A DNA stretch of 64,000 nt from Takakia lepidozioides (lineage: Eukaryota > Plantae > Bryophyta): positions 92,256,001 to 92,320,000 of the forward strand of contig CM060731.1 in NCBI GenBank assembly GCA_030704615.1, written 5' to 3'. Under the pieces are notes generated by a model, which was not told the DNA's origin, made no database searches, and worked only from the letters and a program-made list of their open reading frames with translations. The position numbers and the translations under genes were made by a program. Position 1 is the first letter of the stretch, and each line of letters begins with the position of its first letter. This document shows positions 53,201 to 64,000 of this stretch, one piece after another.

Positions 53201-53824
53201 GGGTGCTTCAGCCCTCTTTCCTACTGTTGCCGCTGCCCCCACCACAGGGGCAGCCCCTCTTGTGTCCCGACCCCCTCAAGGCAAAGGGCCATGACAACTA
53301 TGCAATCATCCACGGTGATATATCATACACCCAATCAAAAGAGCACTATCTGCTTGTTTTTCAGGTGGTTTGGTGCTGACCCCTAGCTTACATGAAATTG
53401 ACTTGTCCACTATACCCCAAACCAAAGAGTGCATTCCGGAGCAGCTTTGAGCCTGAAATAAGGACAGACATGACACATGTTTTGTTCAAGTTGGAGAACA
53501 AAAAATGACGGTCTGAAGGCGTTCGGTTTGAATTAGCAAGGGCACCACGTTGCAATCATCCATGGTTCGAATTATAACCCTCTCATGTGATATACCACTC
53601 TAACATAAGGTTCAACAAACATCACCTTGTAGTCTACGCGCTCCTTGAACAATGTACAGCTAACTTGCCTCATGAAGAGAGTCCTCGCAATTCAGTGTGT
53701 TGGTCTCGTTTTGGCCGCTTCAGGAGCGCAAGTCCGTCAATGAAGGCTTAAAGCGATTGCATGTCTAGTCTAATTTTATGATGTACAGGAGTTGGCTGGC
53801 ATGTGAAGCTGCTTTTGTAGAAAG

Positions 53825-54480
53825 CACAAGAACTCGAAGTTAAGGAGATTCTGAACATTGAGGAGACACGATGAAAGGCGCAGATGAACTCGATGAAAGC
53901 GGAAGAAATTGAAGTTGAGGAGATTTTGAACATCCCAATACAATAAGCAAGTGACAACCTATGGATGTTGGGATCATCAAGGCCTTTAAGGCGTATTGAT
54001 GTCACGATGAAAGCATAGGAACTCGAAGTTGAGGAGATTCTGAACGTTGATGAGCCACGATGAAAGCAGAAGAAATCGAAGTTGAGAAGATTCTGAACAT
54101 TGAGATGCTACGATGAAAGTAGAGGAACTCAAAGTTGAGGAGATTCTGAACGTTGATGAGCCACGATGAAAGCAGAAGAAATCAAAGTTGAAGAGATTTT
54201 GAACATTGAGAAGCCACGATGAAAGCAGAGGAACTCAAAGTTGAGGAGATTCTGAACATTGAGGAGCCACGACGAAAGCAGAAGAAAACAAAATTGAGGA
54301 GATTCTGAACATTGAGATGAAAGCAGAGAAACTCGAAGTTGAGGAGATTCTGAACATTGAAGAGCCATGTTGCAAGTAGAGGAACTCAAAGTTGAGGAGA
54401 TTCTGAACATTGAGGCGCCACGACGAAAGCTTCGGAACTCGAAGTTGAGGAGAATTTTAACATTGAGGAGTCACGATGAA
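53825..54480. repeat. 53-bp minisatellite, about 11 degenerate copies
   Basis: GAACTCGAAGTTGAGGAGATTCTGAACATTGAGGAGCCACGATGAAAGCAGA repeated at 53-bp spacing (e.g. 54031, 54084, 54137). Confidence 0.93.
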
Positions 54481-54789
54481 CCGCCTGCTCATTTTCATAT
54501 TTGATCATCGAGCTCTCCGCCATCGCGGATCTATTGCATTGCAGTGGTGGTTTTGTCAAACTGCAACTCTCAGTTCCTCATTCCTTCTTTAACACGATCA
54601 GGGGATAAAAGACAGTCTTTTAATCTATAGTCTTTTGACTTGTGTCATTGTAAATTGAAACAATGCATTGTGGATTACAAATAAAAAAATGCAATTATGT
54701 AGTCGCACCCGCAGTAGTTAAAACAACTCGCAATTTCAGTAATTTACCAATTATATTTTTCCCTATTGCCCGTCACCCACTTCTCCTCG

Positions 54790-55600
54790 GATTCTCTCAC
54801 GACCTGCCAACTTTGATCTGCTTAGGTCAAAGAAACTATGAAACATTTATTCGTTTCTTGTCCCTTTGTTTCCGTTGTCTGGAATAGAGTTGCTCTTTTT
54901 TATAGCACCTCGGGAAGGAATTTCCCTAGGCAAGCCTCTCTCATTCTTCTCAATTTCCATAATGATGCTGTTTGGTCCGGCTGCCCAATCTGGGCAGCAC
55001 TCCGTGCTCATGTCCTGTTGCATATCTGGAAAATTCGATGCTCCTCTCTATTTGAAGGCATGATGCCCAATGTTAGAGTGTTTCTATTTAGTGCTGACTC
55101 AGATTTGCAGTTTGAAGCTCAGAAAGCCTAGGAGATGGTGGTTGCAGCTTTTCACAGATGCACAGAAGACATGAGACGACAACTACTCGCTCGTTTTGAC
55201 TTGACTTGGGAAAAGGGAGGCATCTTCTGCACCAGAGTTGTCGAACTGTGAGTTACGTGGAGCAACACCTTCCCTGCATGCTGGGAGTTCGCATAGTGCA
55301 AAGTTTTTCCCTCTGATGGAGACGAGCTAGAGGTCAATTGGCGCCATAAACACGCAACTTTAGAAAAACTAGATCTAGGGTTCATCTCTTTCTCGAACCT
55401 TATAAGAGGAAGCGCGGGAGCTTCTAATTCCCTTCTCTTTCTTGTCTCATAGTTTCTTCAATAGGCCCTACTTTTATGAACTCTGGTTGCTGAGGAGTGT
55501 CTCATCTGTTGGTCTTGTATGGCTAATCCGCAAGGTTATTTTTTCCTGTACCAAATTACAGGGCCTTCTCGACCCTTTCAAGAAAAAATAAAAATAAGAC
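54790..55600 (+). mobile_element. 5'-truncated LINE 3' end (zf-RVT, 3' UTR, A-rich tail)
   Basis: ETMKHLFVSCPFVSVVW...LRAHVLLHIWKIRC; ends CAGGGCCTTCTCGACCCTTTC followed by an A-rich tract. Confidence 0.78.
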
Positions 55601-58600
55601 ATACATATAATATACATATAACGGCCTCTATAAGCACTGACTCTTGGTGGTTATGTTTTCCACCCTTTCTAAATATACAAGGTTTCTGTCCCTGCTTTTC
55701 CCCTGTTTAAAAAAAGTAAAAAAATAAAAAATAAAAAATGGATAATTGTCCACAAATACCTGCAACTACATGGCAAGTAACTTTCCATGTCAGCAACTAA
55801 CTTATTTCTTTCGCCCTCCAACCCTCCAAGCTGCCAGGTTAGTGGTTCACAAGCTCATGTCTTAAATTAATAGAGGTTATATAAAGTTAATTACTCCTTT
55901 GTGCTGTGAAAGTTCCCTGTTAAATTATATTTATTTTAATTACTAGATATATGTGTAGTTAATTTTCATCATTTCTCATCATTCCGTTTATTACAGTTTA
56001 CCCTTGCTGTCTCTCCATGTGGTGTGGACTAGGTGGGGCTAAATAAGAGAGATTATTTTACCTTGATGTATGAACACCTTATGGCTAGTGGTACAAATTT
56101 GCATTTAAGTGTGAAGTGTGAACCCTTGAAAAAATACAGCTAATTTATTTAACATAGCTGCGGCCAAGATAGCCACGGCAATGTTAGCCTCTTACCTCAT
56201 GTGTGAACAGGCCCTAAACCCAACTTTGTTCTTGACATATTGGCCAATGAGTAAATTTCTTTCAAAATGTGGATTGTTCGCGTAGTTCCCCAATAATGCA
56301 TACGGGCCAAGGCTGGAGTGACCAATTCTCAAATGAGAGTATTTTTATTACTATATCTATAACTGGCAAAGTCTAAAAAGTAATCAAGCGAACTGGGCGA
56401 ATGGGATGATTTTAGGGGATTCGTTGTGTCGAGCGTGATTGGCCCGTGGGAGACTAACACATGTCAATCGTGGAGCAATGGCCAAGTCAAAGTAGTGAGC
56501 GGAAGTGTCCACAAAATACTCTGCCAGTATTGGATGGTCCAGATTGCATGATTGAGGGAATGTTGAGCACCGGCAAATTACATATGTATGGGCATGGACT
56601 GATTTGAGAGTGAGATCCAGCACATTTGTGAGTATCTCACTCACCTTTGGAGAGCTGTACATATGTATGTGTCAATCCTGTAGCAACAAAATACCATTTC
56701 TCACACAAGGGCTACATGAAATGAAATGAGATTAGAGGTGTAAGGGTAGTAGCATTGTTCTCCGTGATGGCCACCTACAAGAGTTGCCTGGGCAGGCTGG
56801 TTGCCTGCCCAAAACAAAGAGACCCAAAAGCAGAGGTGCAGAGACAAGGGCGTCATAAAGTAGTCTACTTTACTTGGGGATTCTCTATATCCCCCTTTTT
56901 CTCCTTTCCTTCACCTTTGATGCGTGTCATATACTTGTTACCACATGAAATTCAGTAATTGACAGACCTCCAATTCCTGATGTATGGCCTATCAAGGTTG
57001 GAACAAATCTTGCACAGGGAGGGATAGCATAGTAATATTATTATTTTCTTACTTTTGGTAGCTTTGTAAAGAGCATGGTATGCCCTTTGAGGGACGTGCA
57101 TTTTGGCATTAATGTATCAGAGGAGGTTTAACTCCCTTACCCATCCTCTTTCCTGTTGTCTGACCTTCTTCGGGCAGTACGGTAGTTGATACTAGCGTAA
57201 TTTGATTTCCTTTTGTTGGCTCTCTTGTGGAGAGAGACTTTGGGGAGACATGCAAGTCAATGGAGAAAATGTGGTCAAAGTACCTTACATGTGCTGAATC
57301 ATGCTCCCTAGTCTTACCTTCCTCTTATGTTGTGCCCAAGCAAAGCAAGAGAGCCAATTGCCGTTTGAGGCTTGTTAGTATATCTAGCTCCATTATATTT
57401 TGTTTCTCCTCTTGGGTACATACTACAGTTTCACCCATTTGTAGCCTAGCAGGCGAAGACGGGTGCACGTGAAAGGTTGGAATGATTTGGGGGTCTCCTG
57501 TTAGGTTGTAGAGCGATGGCAAGGCAGGAAGTCCAGCCTAGGATTGTTGTTGCTGCAATCCGTGAGGACCCACCATGGTAAGGGACATGATAAGGGAGCG
57601 CACATACTTCGGAATACTTTCCATTATTGTTGTATTGTTCAAATTATAGCAATCGCTTACATGATTGGAACAACACCAAACTCTAACTGGTTCTGGGCTC
57701 GAATCTACAGATCCTAATGTTGGAGCCAATGTTGCAACTGCCTTATTCTGATTTTGCGTTGTATATGGAAGTCAACTTCATTCATTAGGGTAGAAACTAG
57801 GGTGCGCAGAGCAGAGCATTCAGCATGAGCAAGTGTGATGGCAGGGGGGCGATACAGAGCGAGCGGGAGAGACGCAAATGGAGAGAGCAACACGCTACCG
57901 GAAGGCAGAGACAGAAAGCTGGTCGGTAAAGTTGGTAACACGCGTCCGGTCAAAAACGGGCCACGACTTTACCACGGCTATTACACCGAGGTGGGGTCCG
58001 TCCCATGTGACCCGCCCCGCCTGCCTGCCCATGTGTGTGCGTCCTCCCTCGCTGCTAATCCGTTTTGCTCCTCTCTCCCCGCACCCTTTTTCCTGCACTC
58101 CTCTCCTGCCTAAGCCTTGTCTCCTTCCAAGACCTGCTGTGTCTCTCTGGTCGCTTCCCATCGGGCTGTTCCCGAACCGTCCTGTCCTACTGTGATCGTG
58201 GTTGTGTCTGTTCGTGGCATTCGTTGATCTTTGTCTAGACTATTACTTTCAAGAGTCTTAATTTCTGTTTTGTCTTTCATGTATCCATTCTGTTACTCCT
58301 CTTTTGTTCCATTTTCTCCTGACATTGCAGCGGCGTTCCTGTGCTCCCCGAAGTAGAGGTCTATAATTGATGAGGTAATTGAGGGAGGAGGGTAAAGTGA
58401 AGCTAACGCGTTTGGGTGATTGCACATCTGAAGGGGGGGAGAGGGGAAGCCTGATCTGGATCATCTATCGAGGAAAGGGTGAGTTCTATTTCTGTGTAAG
58501 GGAGGGGGAGTCCTTCACCGATAGAGGAGACATCGGGATGGATTAGACGTTGTTTGATCTATAACCAGTGCAGAGAGTTAACACTGTCTGCACACATCGT

Positions 58601-58717
58601 ACAAGACATCTACGCTTAACTAGATCTGTATGAGTTGTGTATAAGTGGGAGAAGTACTGCAGTCAGGGAAAGACGTACAGGTGCAGGGGAGGGGAAGGTG
58701 AGAGCGGTTTAGGAAAT

Positions 58718-60101
58718 ATGCCTGGAAAGAGGCCTCGTCCTCTCAGGCGCACGTCAAGCGTGTCTTTGTTAGGATCGGAATCGTTTGCCCTTGAATGCTC
58801 TCCGTTGCCTGAACATCCCAAGGAGAAATTGAAGCCTACTCATAAAGAACCAGTACCTTGTGCCCCCCGACTAGTCATTGGGTTCAATCCGAAGCCTAAC
58901 CCAGAGGCTCAAATCGCCTCACAGAATGTCATCTCTTCCAAAATCACTTTTCCAATACTTACTTCTCCGACCGGAAGCCATGAGAAGCAGGCTGGATCTC
59001 CCCGCTCAGGCCTTGAAAGCTTACTCTCCGTACCACGGCCATGGGAAAGAAAAGAGGTCGAAGGAGTGGGGCTTGGCATTGTGGCTGCCTTGCATGTTGC
59101 GACATCCGGTGTTGGGCAGGAGGAGAGGGTTACTGTGAAAGTTGTGACCAATCCAGAGGGAGACATCGCACATCCGTCTACGGAAGAGCGCGGTCATTCC
59201 TCGAAGAGTTGCCAACCAGTGTCCTCTCAACATCCTCGGAAGCAGAGCTATCCAATTCCCATTCAAGTGCGAGGCACGAGCCCTAGCTCTCGCACCCGAC
59301 TTACTCACCATCTGTCATCACATCAACCCTCTGGCATCCAACAGCCACCTTTGTTTGGGGATGAAGGGCAAGGAAGGACTCACCAGACTACTCGTCCAGT
59401 GCAGGCGTGGTTGCAGCAAACAGATTCTGAGGTGGACAGACATGACACTTTTTTGCTAGGGCCGTCACCAGTATCAAGAGAGATCGTTACGGCAATGACA
59501 GCGGCTGCGTCTTCAGCTGTCCATTTCCTCGATGCATGCTATTTCTGCAAGCGGCACCTTGGAGAAGGCAAGGACATTTACATGTACAGGTAGAAGACAC
59601 TTGCCAACCTATTTAAGGATCAACAATCTTGAAGTTGTTTCAGTGTGGACATTGGGTTTTGTAGAGAAGATAACAGTTTTGACGGGAGGTAGTTGCAGGC
59701 TCGATAGGGCTGTCAGAGTGCCGGAAAATCACTTACATGTAGTAATATGTATGTTTTCTGCATTTCTTGATTCTGATGCCAACACTGGTCTCCACATAAG
59801 CTATTGAACGTGAAGGATCTGACGTTGTACCGAGAAGGTGAACCAGGTTCCATGTGTTGCGGTTTCAGTGAACTAGTGTGGGTGTTCTGGACCAATGAGT
59901 GCTGCTAATGTATGGCCCATGACCTTCCGCAGAGGTGATAAGGCCTTCTGTAGTCCCGAATGCCGAGCTCAACAAATTTTGTTGGACGACCGGCGGGAGA
60001 ATTGTTCAGCAGCAGCGCTGAAGGCAGGCCCTGGTACACCTTCACGCCATGCCAGCCATCGTAGTCGTGTTGTACCAGCTGGCACAGTAGCGGCAGCGTG
60101 A
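58718..60101 (+). CDS. FLZ: FCS-like zinc finger (FLZ / DUF581) protein, 2 exons
   Basis: Exons 58718-59589 and 59933-60101 give [42 protein letters not shown]; N-terminal MPGKRPRPLRRTSS and GVGLGIVAAL motifs. Confidence 0.93.
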
Positions 60102-61557
60102 CATCAGGGATTGGAGCAGGAGATCGCGATGGGAGGTCTTAAGAGGAGGAAGTAGTGCGCGGTGGGGGGTCAGATGAGTCGTTGTTTTGTACAGAAGAAA
60201 AGAAGTGGATGCGGATGCGTCTGCTTCTCCCGCAGCCGAACTTGTCGGAGGAATCGGGGAGTGCCCTGTCCAGAGTTGTAAAGCAATCAAGCGGCTTTAC
60301 CGATGAAATCCGATGGAGAGCGACAGAGTGTGGGATCCTTTTGACACAGGATAGATACCCATAAGGTTGTAACATGGCGGTGTAGATTTGTAGGACCTTA
60401 TTTTTTTCTCTCATATTCGCAAGGGCCCTCCTGGAGAGACTCGCTGTACAGTGAGAATGCGCAGTCTTACCGATACCTCAGATCTTCAGCCGATGGGATA
60501 ACATAAACGCCGCTTAGGATCGGCTGCTTGCAACGGTTTTCCGCGAGTAACGATGTAGCACGTTATATATCAAGGGATACTGTGCCCTTACGGTGGGTGG
60601 TGTAGTGCAGTCATGTGTTTGATGCAAAGCTCCAGTTACCCTTGTTACCTGTGATTCTCAACTGGTTGTGTCATAGCATGCCAAATAGTTGGACAGTCCA
60701 ACCCTTTTGTACGTAGATAGTGGGAGGCGAGTTTGGCTCTCCTCGAGCGCCCACTCGCAGCCGCTGAATTTGCGAACGAAGTTGGAAGCACGAGGTGTAG
60801 GGAGATACATAGCGAAGCAAAAACTAATGTGTGTTCTGGAAAGTGGACTAATCTGTGTTATGGGGCTCTGAACATTTTTCTCCCCACCTATTTATATTAA
60901 TAAGTTGAATTTCTCAAATGAACGCTTCCAACCATAAGCTTTTGATTGCAAGGCAATAAATTGTTATTATATAGGAAACGATATAAGATAACATTTCCAC
61001 TGATGATATTTGCTGCCTATGTGCAGAAAGTATGTAAACCATTTATTCAGTGTGCATTTGTTATTTTTAGAAATTGGAAAAAGTGTGGTGAGATAATAAT
61101 ATGCAACATCAACTTGTAAAAAACATCTGCAATTACTCCACTCTTGGTAAAAGTTTTGCATAAAGGATAAAGTTTCTTTAACGTCTGATAAATTTTGCAT
61201 AGATAATTCCGAAGTTGGCATCACTTCTCACATACTCAACTAACCACTACATTCCTGCAACTGCATTTCATGTAATGTATACTCTCATCTACTATGATAC
61301 TGTTAAGTGTCAACAAGTGTAGAAACTTTTGGAACACCATCAAATAAGGCAAACTCACCTATTACCTAGAAATAGCTTAAATGTCCCACAACACAACTGG
61401 ACTGGTGGTAAGGATTTCTCTCATCTTCAGCTGTACTGATCACAAGCGTATCATGCTTTTCCTATCACGCTTGCCTCATACGCTACCATGAAAGAGCTGT
61501 GAAAACCTTGAGGAATTGAATAAATGAGACAAGTACCCTCATCAGTGTACTTGCTTC

Positions 61558-64000
61558 TTACAAGTGGGCCCCCCTCTCCAGCCCAGTGCCGCTACTATCA
61601 ACCAAAGCTGAATCAAGTGCTTGCTTCAGTTGCTCCACCAGTTCTGCCCGGCTCAACGGATCCACCTGTCACAATTCATCACACACTTTATAAGACTCAA
61701 AGTTATCTGTCTGTCTGCCCCATCCACATGGGGTGAGGCCCCCTATGCAAAAGAAAATTTCCCCGGAAGACTTAAATGGGTACTTTTCTATGCTCTCCAA
61801 CAGCCTTGAGGCTACAGCAACCAAGGACTTCATTATTTTCTGCTCTGTCTGTGTCCCCCTGAATACCCTCTGAACCAAAAACTTCTTTCCTCTCCATGCA
61901 TGTCATGGATGTCTTTGTCCTCTAACATGCTACAGGAGTCCCCCAGCCACCTATCCGCCACTTCCTTCCCCTCTCCCTTCTTTATCTCTCTCGCCCCTCT
62001 CTCCTTTCTGTCACCGCAGACAATTCGAGGGGAACTCACTGAACGGAGCAGAGCAAACAATCCCTGAGGCAGTGCTTTAATGCCGGCTACTGAGGATCCC
62101 ATAGCCACCAGCTGCTTAGCCAAACGATCTTGTCTGAGTCGCTGTAAGTGCTCCTCCAACCCCTGGGGGTTGTTAGCCCAAGCCAAGAATGTTATGTCGT
62201 CTTTCCAGTGCTGCCCCTGGTGAGCGACACCCCACTCTACCTTAGCTGATGAATACCAGTCCTTCACAAGGTCCAGTGCGGCGCTGTGAGAGAGCTCCTC
62301 ACCAGCAGCATCTTGGACTTCCTGGATGAGGCTTTCTTCTGCTAGCCTTCGCTTCAATCGCTGGTGGAAAAATGACCGGGACTTGCCCCAGTCAACCACC
62401 TGCAGAGAAGAGGCATATAGCACATGTTCATGAATTCGGCAAACAAACAACTTAATAATTGAATAGGCTAATACATATGAGCATCAGCCAAGGGTCATAT
62501 GTTTCATGATAAATAAGTATGCAACTTGAGAATACAGTTTAACGAACTGACCTCCTTAATCACACCCTTGGCTGCCATTCGACTAGAAGTGTCATGCAGT
62601 TCAGCAAAGCGGATAGCAATCTGCTTATAGATTGGAAGAAGCTGTTTCTCGCGTGCTTTGATTTGTTGCTGGATTGACTCTGTAACACCTAAGGCTGCCC
62701 CCCCTGCTACCGAACCTTGCAACTGCTGTCTCAACCTGCTTAACTCGGGGTCCAAGCGATGCATACACTCTAGGAGTTCACGCATCCGGAACTTGATTTC
62801 TATCATCCCCTCTGGTTCCAAGACCCCGCCTTTCGCAGTTCTCTCAGCATACATCTCCACTTTGTTAGCATTGATTTTGCTGTCCACTACCACCCAAGCC
62901 CCTCCACGAAGCTCCCCCATTTTGGGGATAAATACAAACACTGGTTGCAGGTATGTCCTCAGGTGTTCCACAATCATAGAGCCTGCCTGCAAGATCCCCT
63001 CAAAAAGGTCGCGTTGCCCTCCAGAAAATCCCCTCCAGTTTGCCAGTATGAAGAGAGGGAGTCCCTCCTTGTTGAAGTCGATCAATGCCTGCGCAGTTTT
63101 TTGTGCTGAGTCAGGGAACCAGACCTGGCCTGCTTGAGGAACCACCCTCTCATGGGAATCTGGCTGCCCAGGGTCTGCTGGAATCCTCTGTGTCACCGTC
63201 TGTGTCTCGACAGCCACTATTCCTACTGGAATACCTCCCAGTCTGGCACGTCCAGTCACCACAGTTTGGGCCCACCCCTCAAGAGTCTCCGTGAAGCTTC
63301 CCTTGTCAAATATACCCCCCAACCACTTGCCATTGCTGTTGAGTCCTCGTATGGCTGCTCTGGGGTCACATGCTGTCTCTGGATTGTACTCCACAGGCCT
63401 TTCTGGGGAATCTACTGGTTTTAGATATGGAAGTGGCCCACCCCCAAAAGATGGCACATAGCTCAGCCACTTCAATATGGCAGAAATCCCTTCAAGATCA
63501 TCTGCCACTGTGACATGAACAACACCATTCACTGCCATAACCTTTGGCCCACCTAGCTGCATGTGAGAACTATAAACCTCTCTCCCCAGCAACTTGTTCA
63601 GAGCTGAAAACCCAGTCAGTATGATAGGCTGATCTAATCTCTGAATGCATCTCATGCCCAGGCGAGCAAGATAAGCACCGATCCCAACCGTTCTTCCTGT
63701 CACATAGGTGAGCGTAAAGGTCTCCCGATAAGCTCGTGAGAATGCACCAGCAATTGCCCCACTCCCAGAAAGATTCTCAACCCCAAGTCCATCCTCCTTC
63801 CCCACAACATCATCAATAACCCACCTCACCTCACCAGAATCTAGCTTCAGCTCATGAGCGATGACTGAGGAAGATAGCTGCTGGTGGTCCTCTGGTGTCA
63901 GGTACAAATACTGGAACCCCCTGTCTGGCAAAGTCTCTTCCGACCATCCAACCCGGAAACAGGCCCGGACCTCTTCTGCGACCCCAATTCGAGCACCAGA
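61558..64000 (-). CDS. ACC1: Homomeric acetyl-CoA carboxylase, carboxyltransferase C-terminus (gene continues beyond the window)
   Basis: Exons 64000-62552, 62399-62040, 61665-61558; GLGVENLSGSGAIAG, GRTVGIGAYLARLG, AGQVWFPDSA, ANWRGFSGGQRD, GELRGGAWVV; last exon VDPLSRAELVEQLKQAL...HL*. Confidence 0.97.

Noticed and set aside
57200-57810. Possible gene on the minus strand upstream of FLZ
   Set aside because: Short ORFs broken by stops with no recognisable domain; may be an old TE remnant but cannot be supported.

Overview
This is eukaryotic nuclear DNA from a land plant, probably a non-seed plant (inferred from spliceosomal introns, PLS-type PPR fragments and plant-type genes). It holds three apparently intact host genes: a NERD-like PHD/SWIB/Plus3/GYF/CCCH gene with a U12 AT-AC intron (24839-32828), an FLZ zinc-finger gene (58718-60101) and the 3' part of cytosolic acetyl-CoA carboxylase (61558-64000, minus). 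The rest is mostly nested, decayed transposons. The most striking element is a Ty3/Gypsy LTR retrotransposon (1-5944). Its pol region carries a complete DNMT3-like cytosine methyltransferase domain between protease and RT, and a PHD finger fused to the integrase C-terminus, i.e. a chromatin writer plus reader inside a retroelement. Other notable items: a 7.7-kb non-autonomous Pack-CACTA element (TIRs, TAT TSD) that splits a LINE endonuclease codon run and carries PPR and OSB-type PDF-motif fragments plus a palindrome-bearing ~255-bp tandem array; two decayed CACTA transposase loci; several L1-like LINE fragments; tRNA-derived SINEs; a Tourist-like MITE; and orphan gene fragments (glutathione reductase with introns, a single frataxin exon, DXS). 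All calls come from reading the sequence by eye; no database searches were run.
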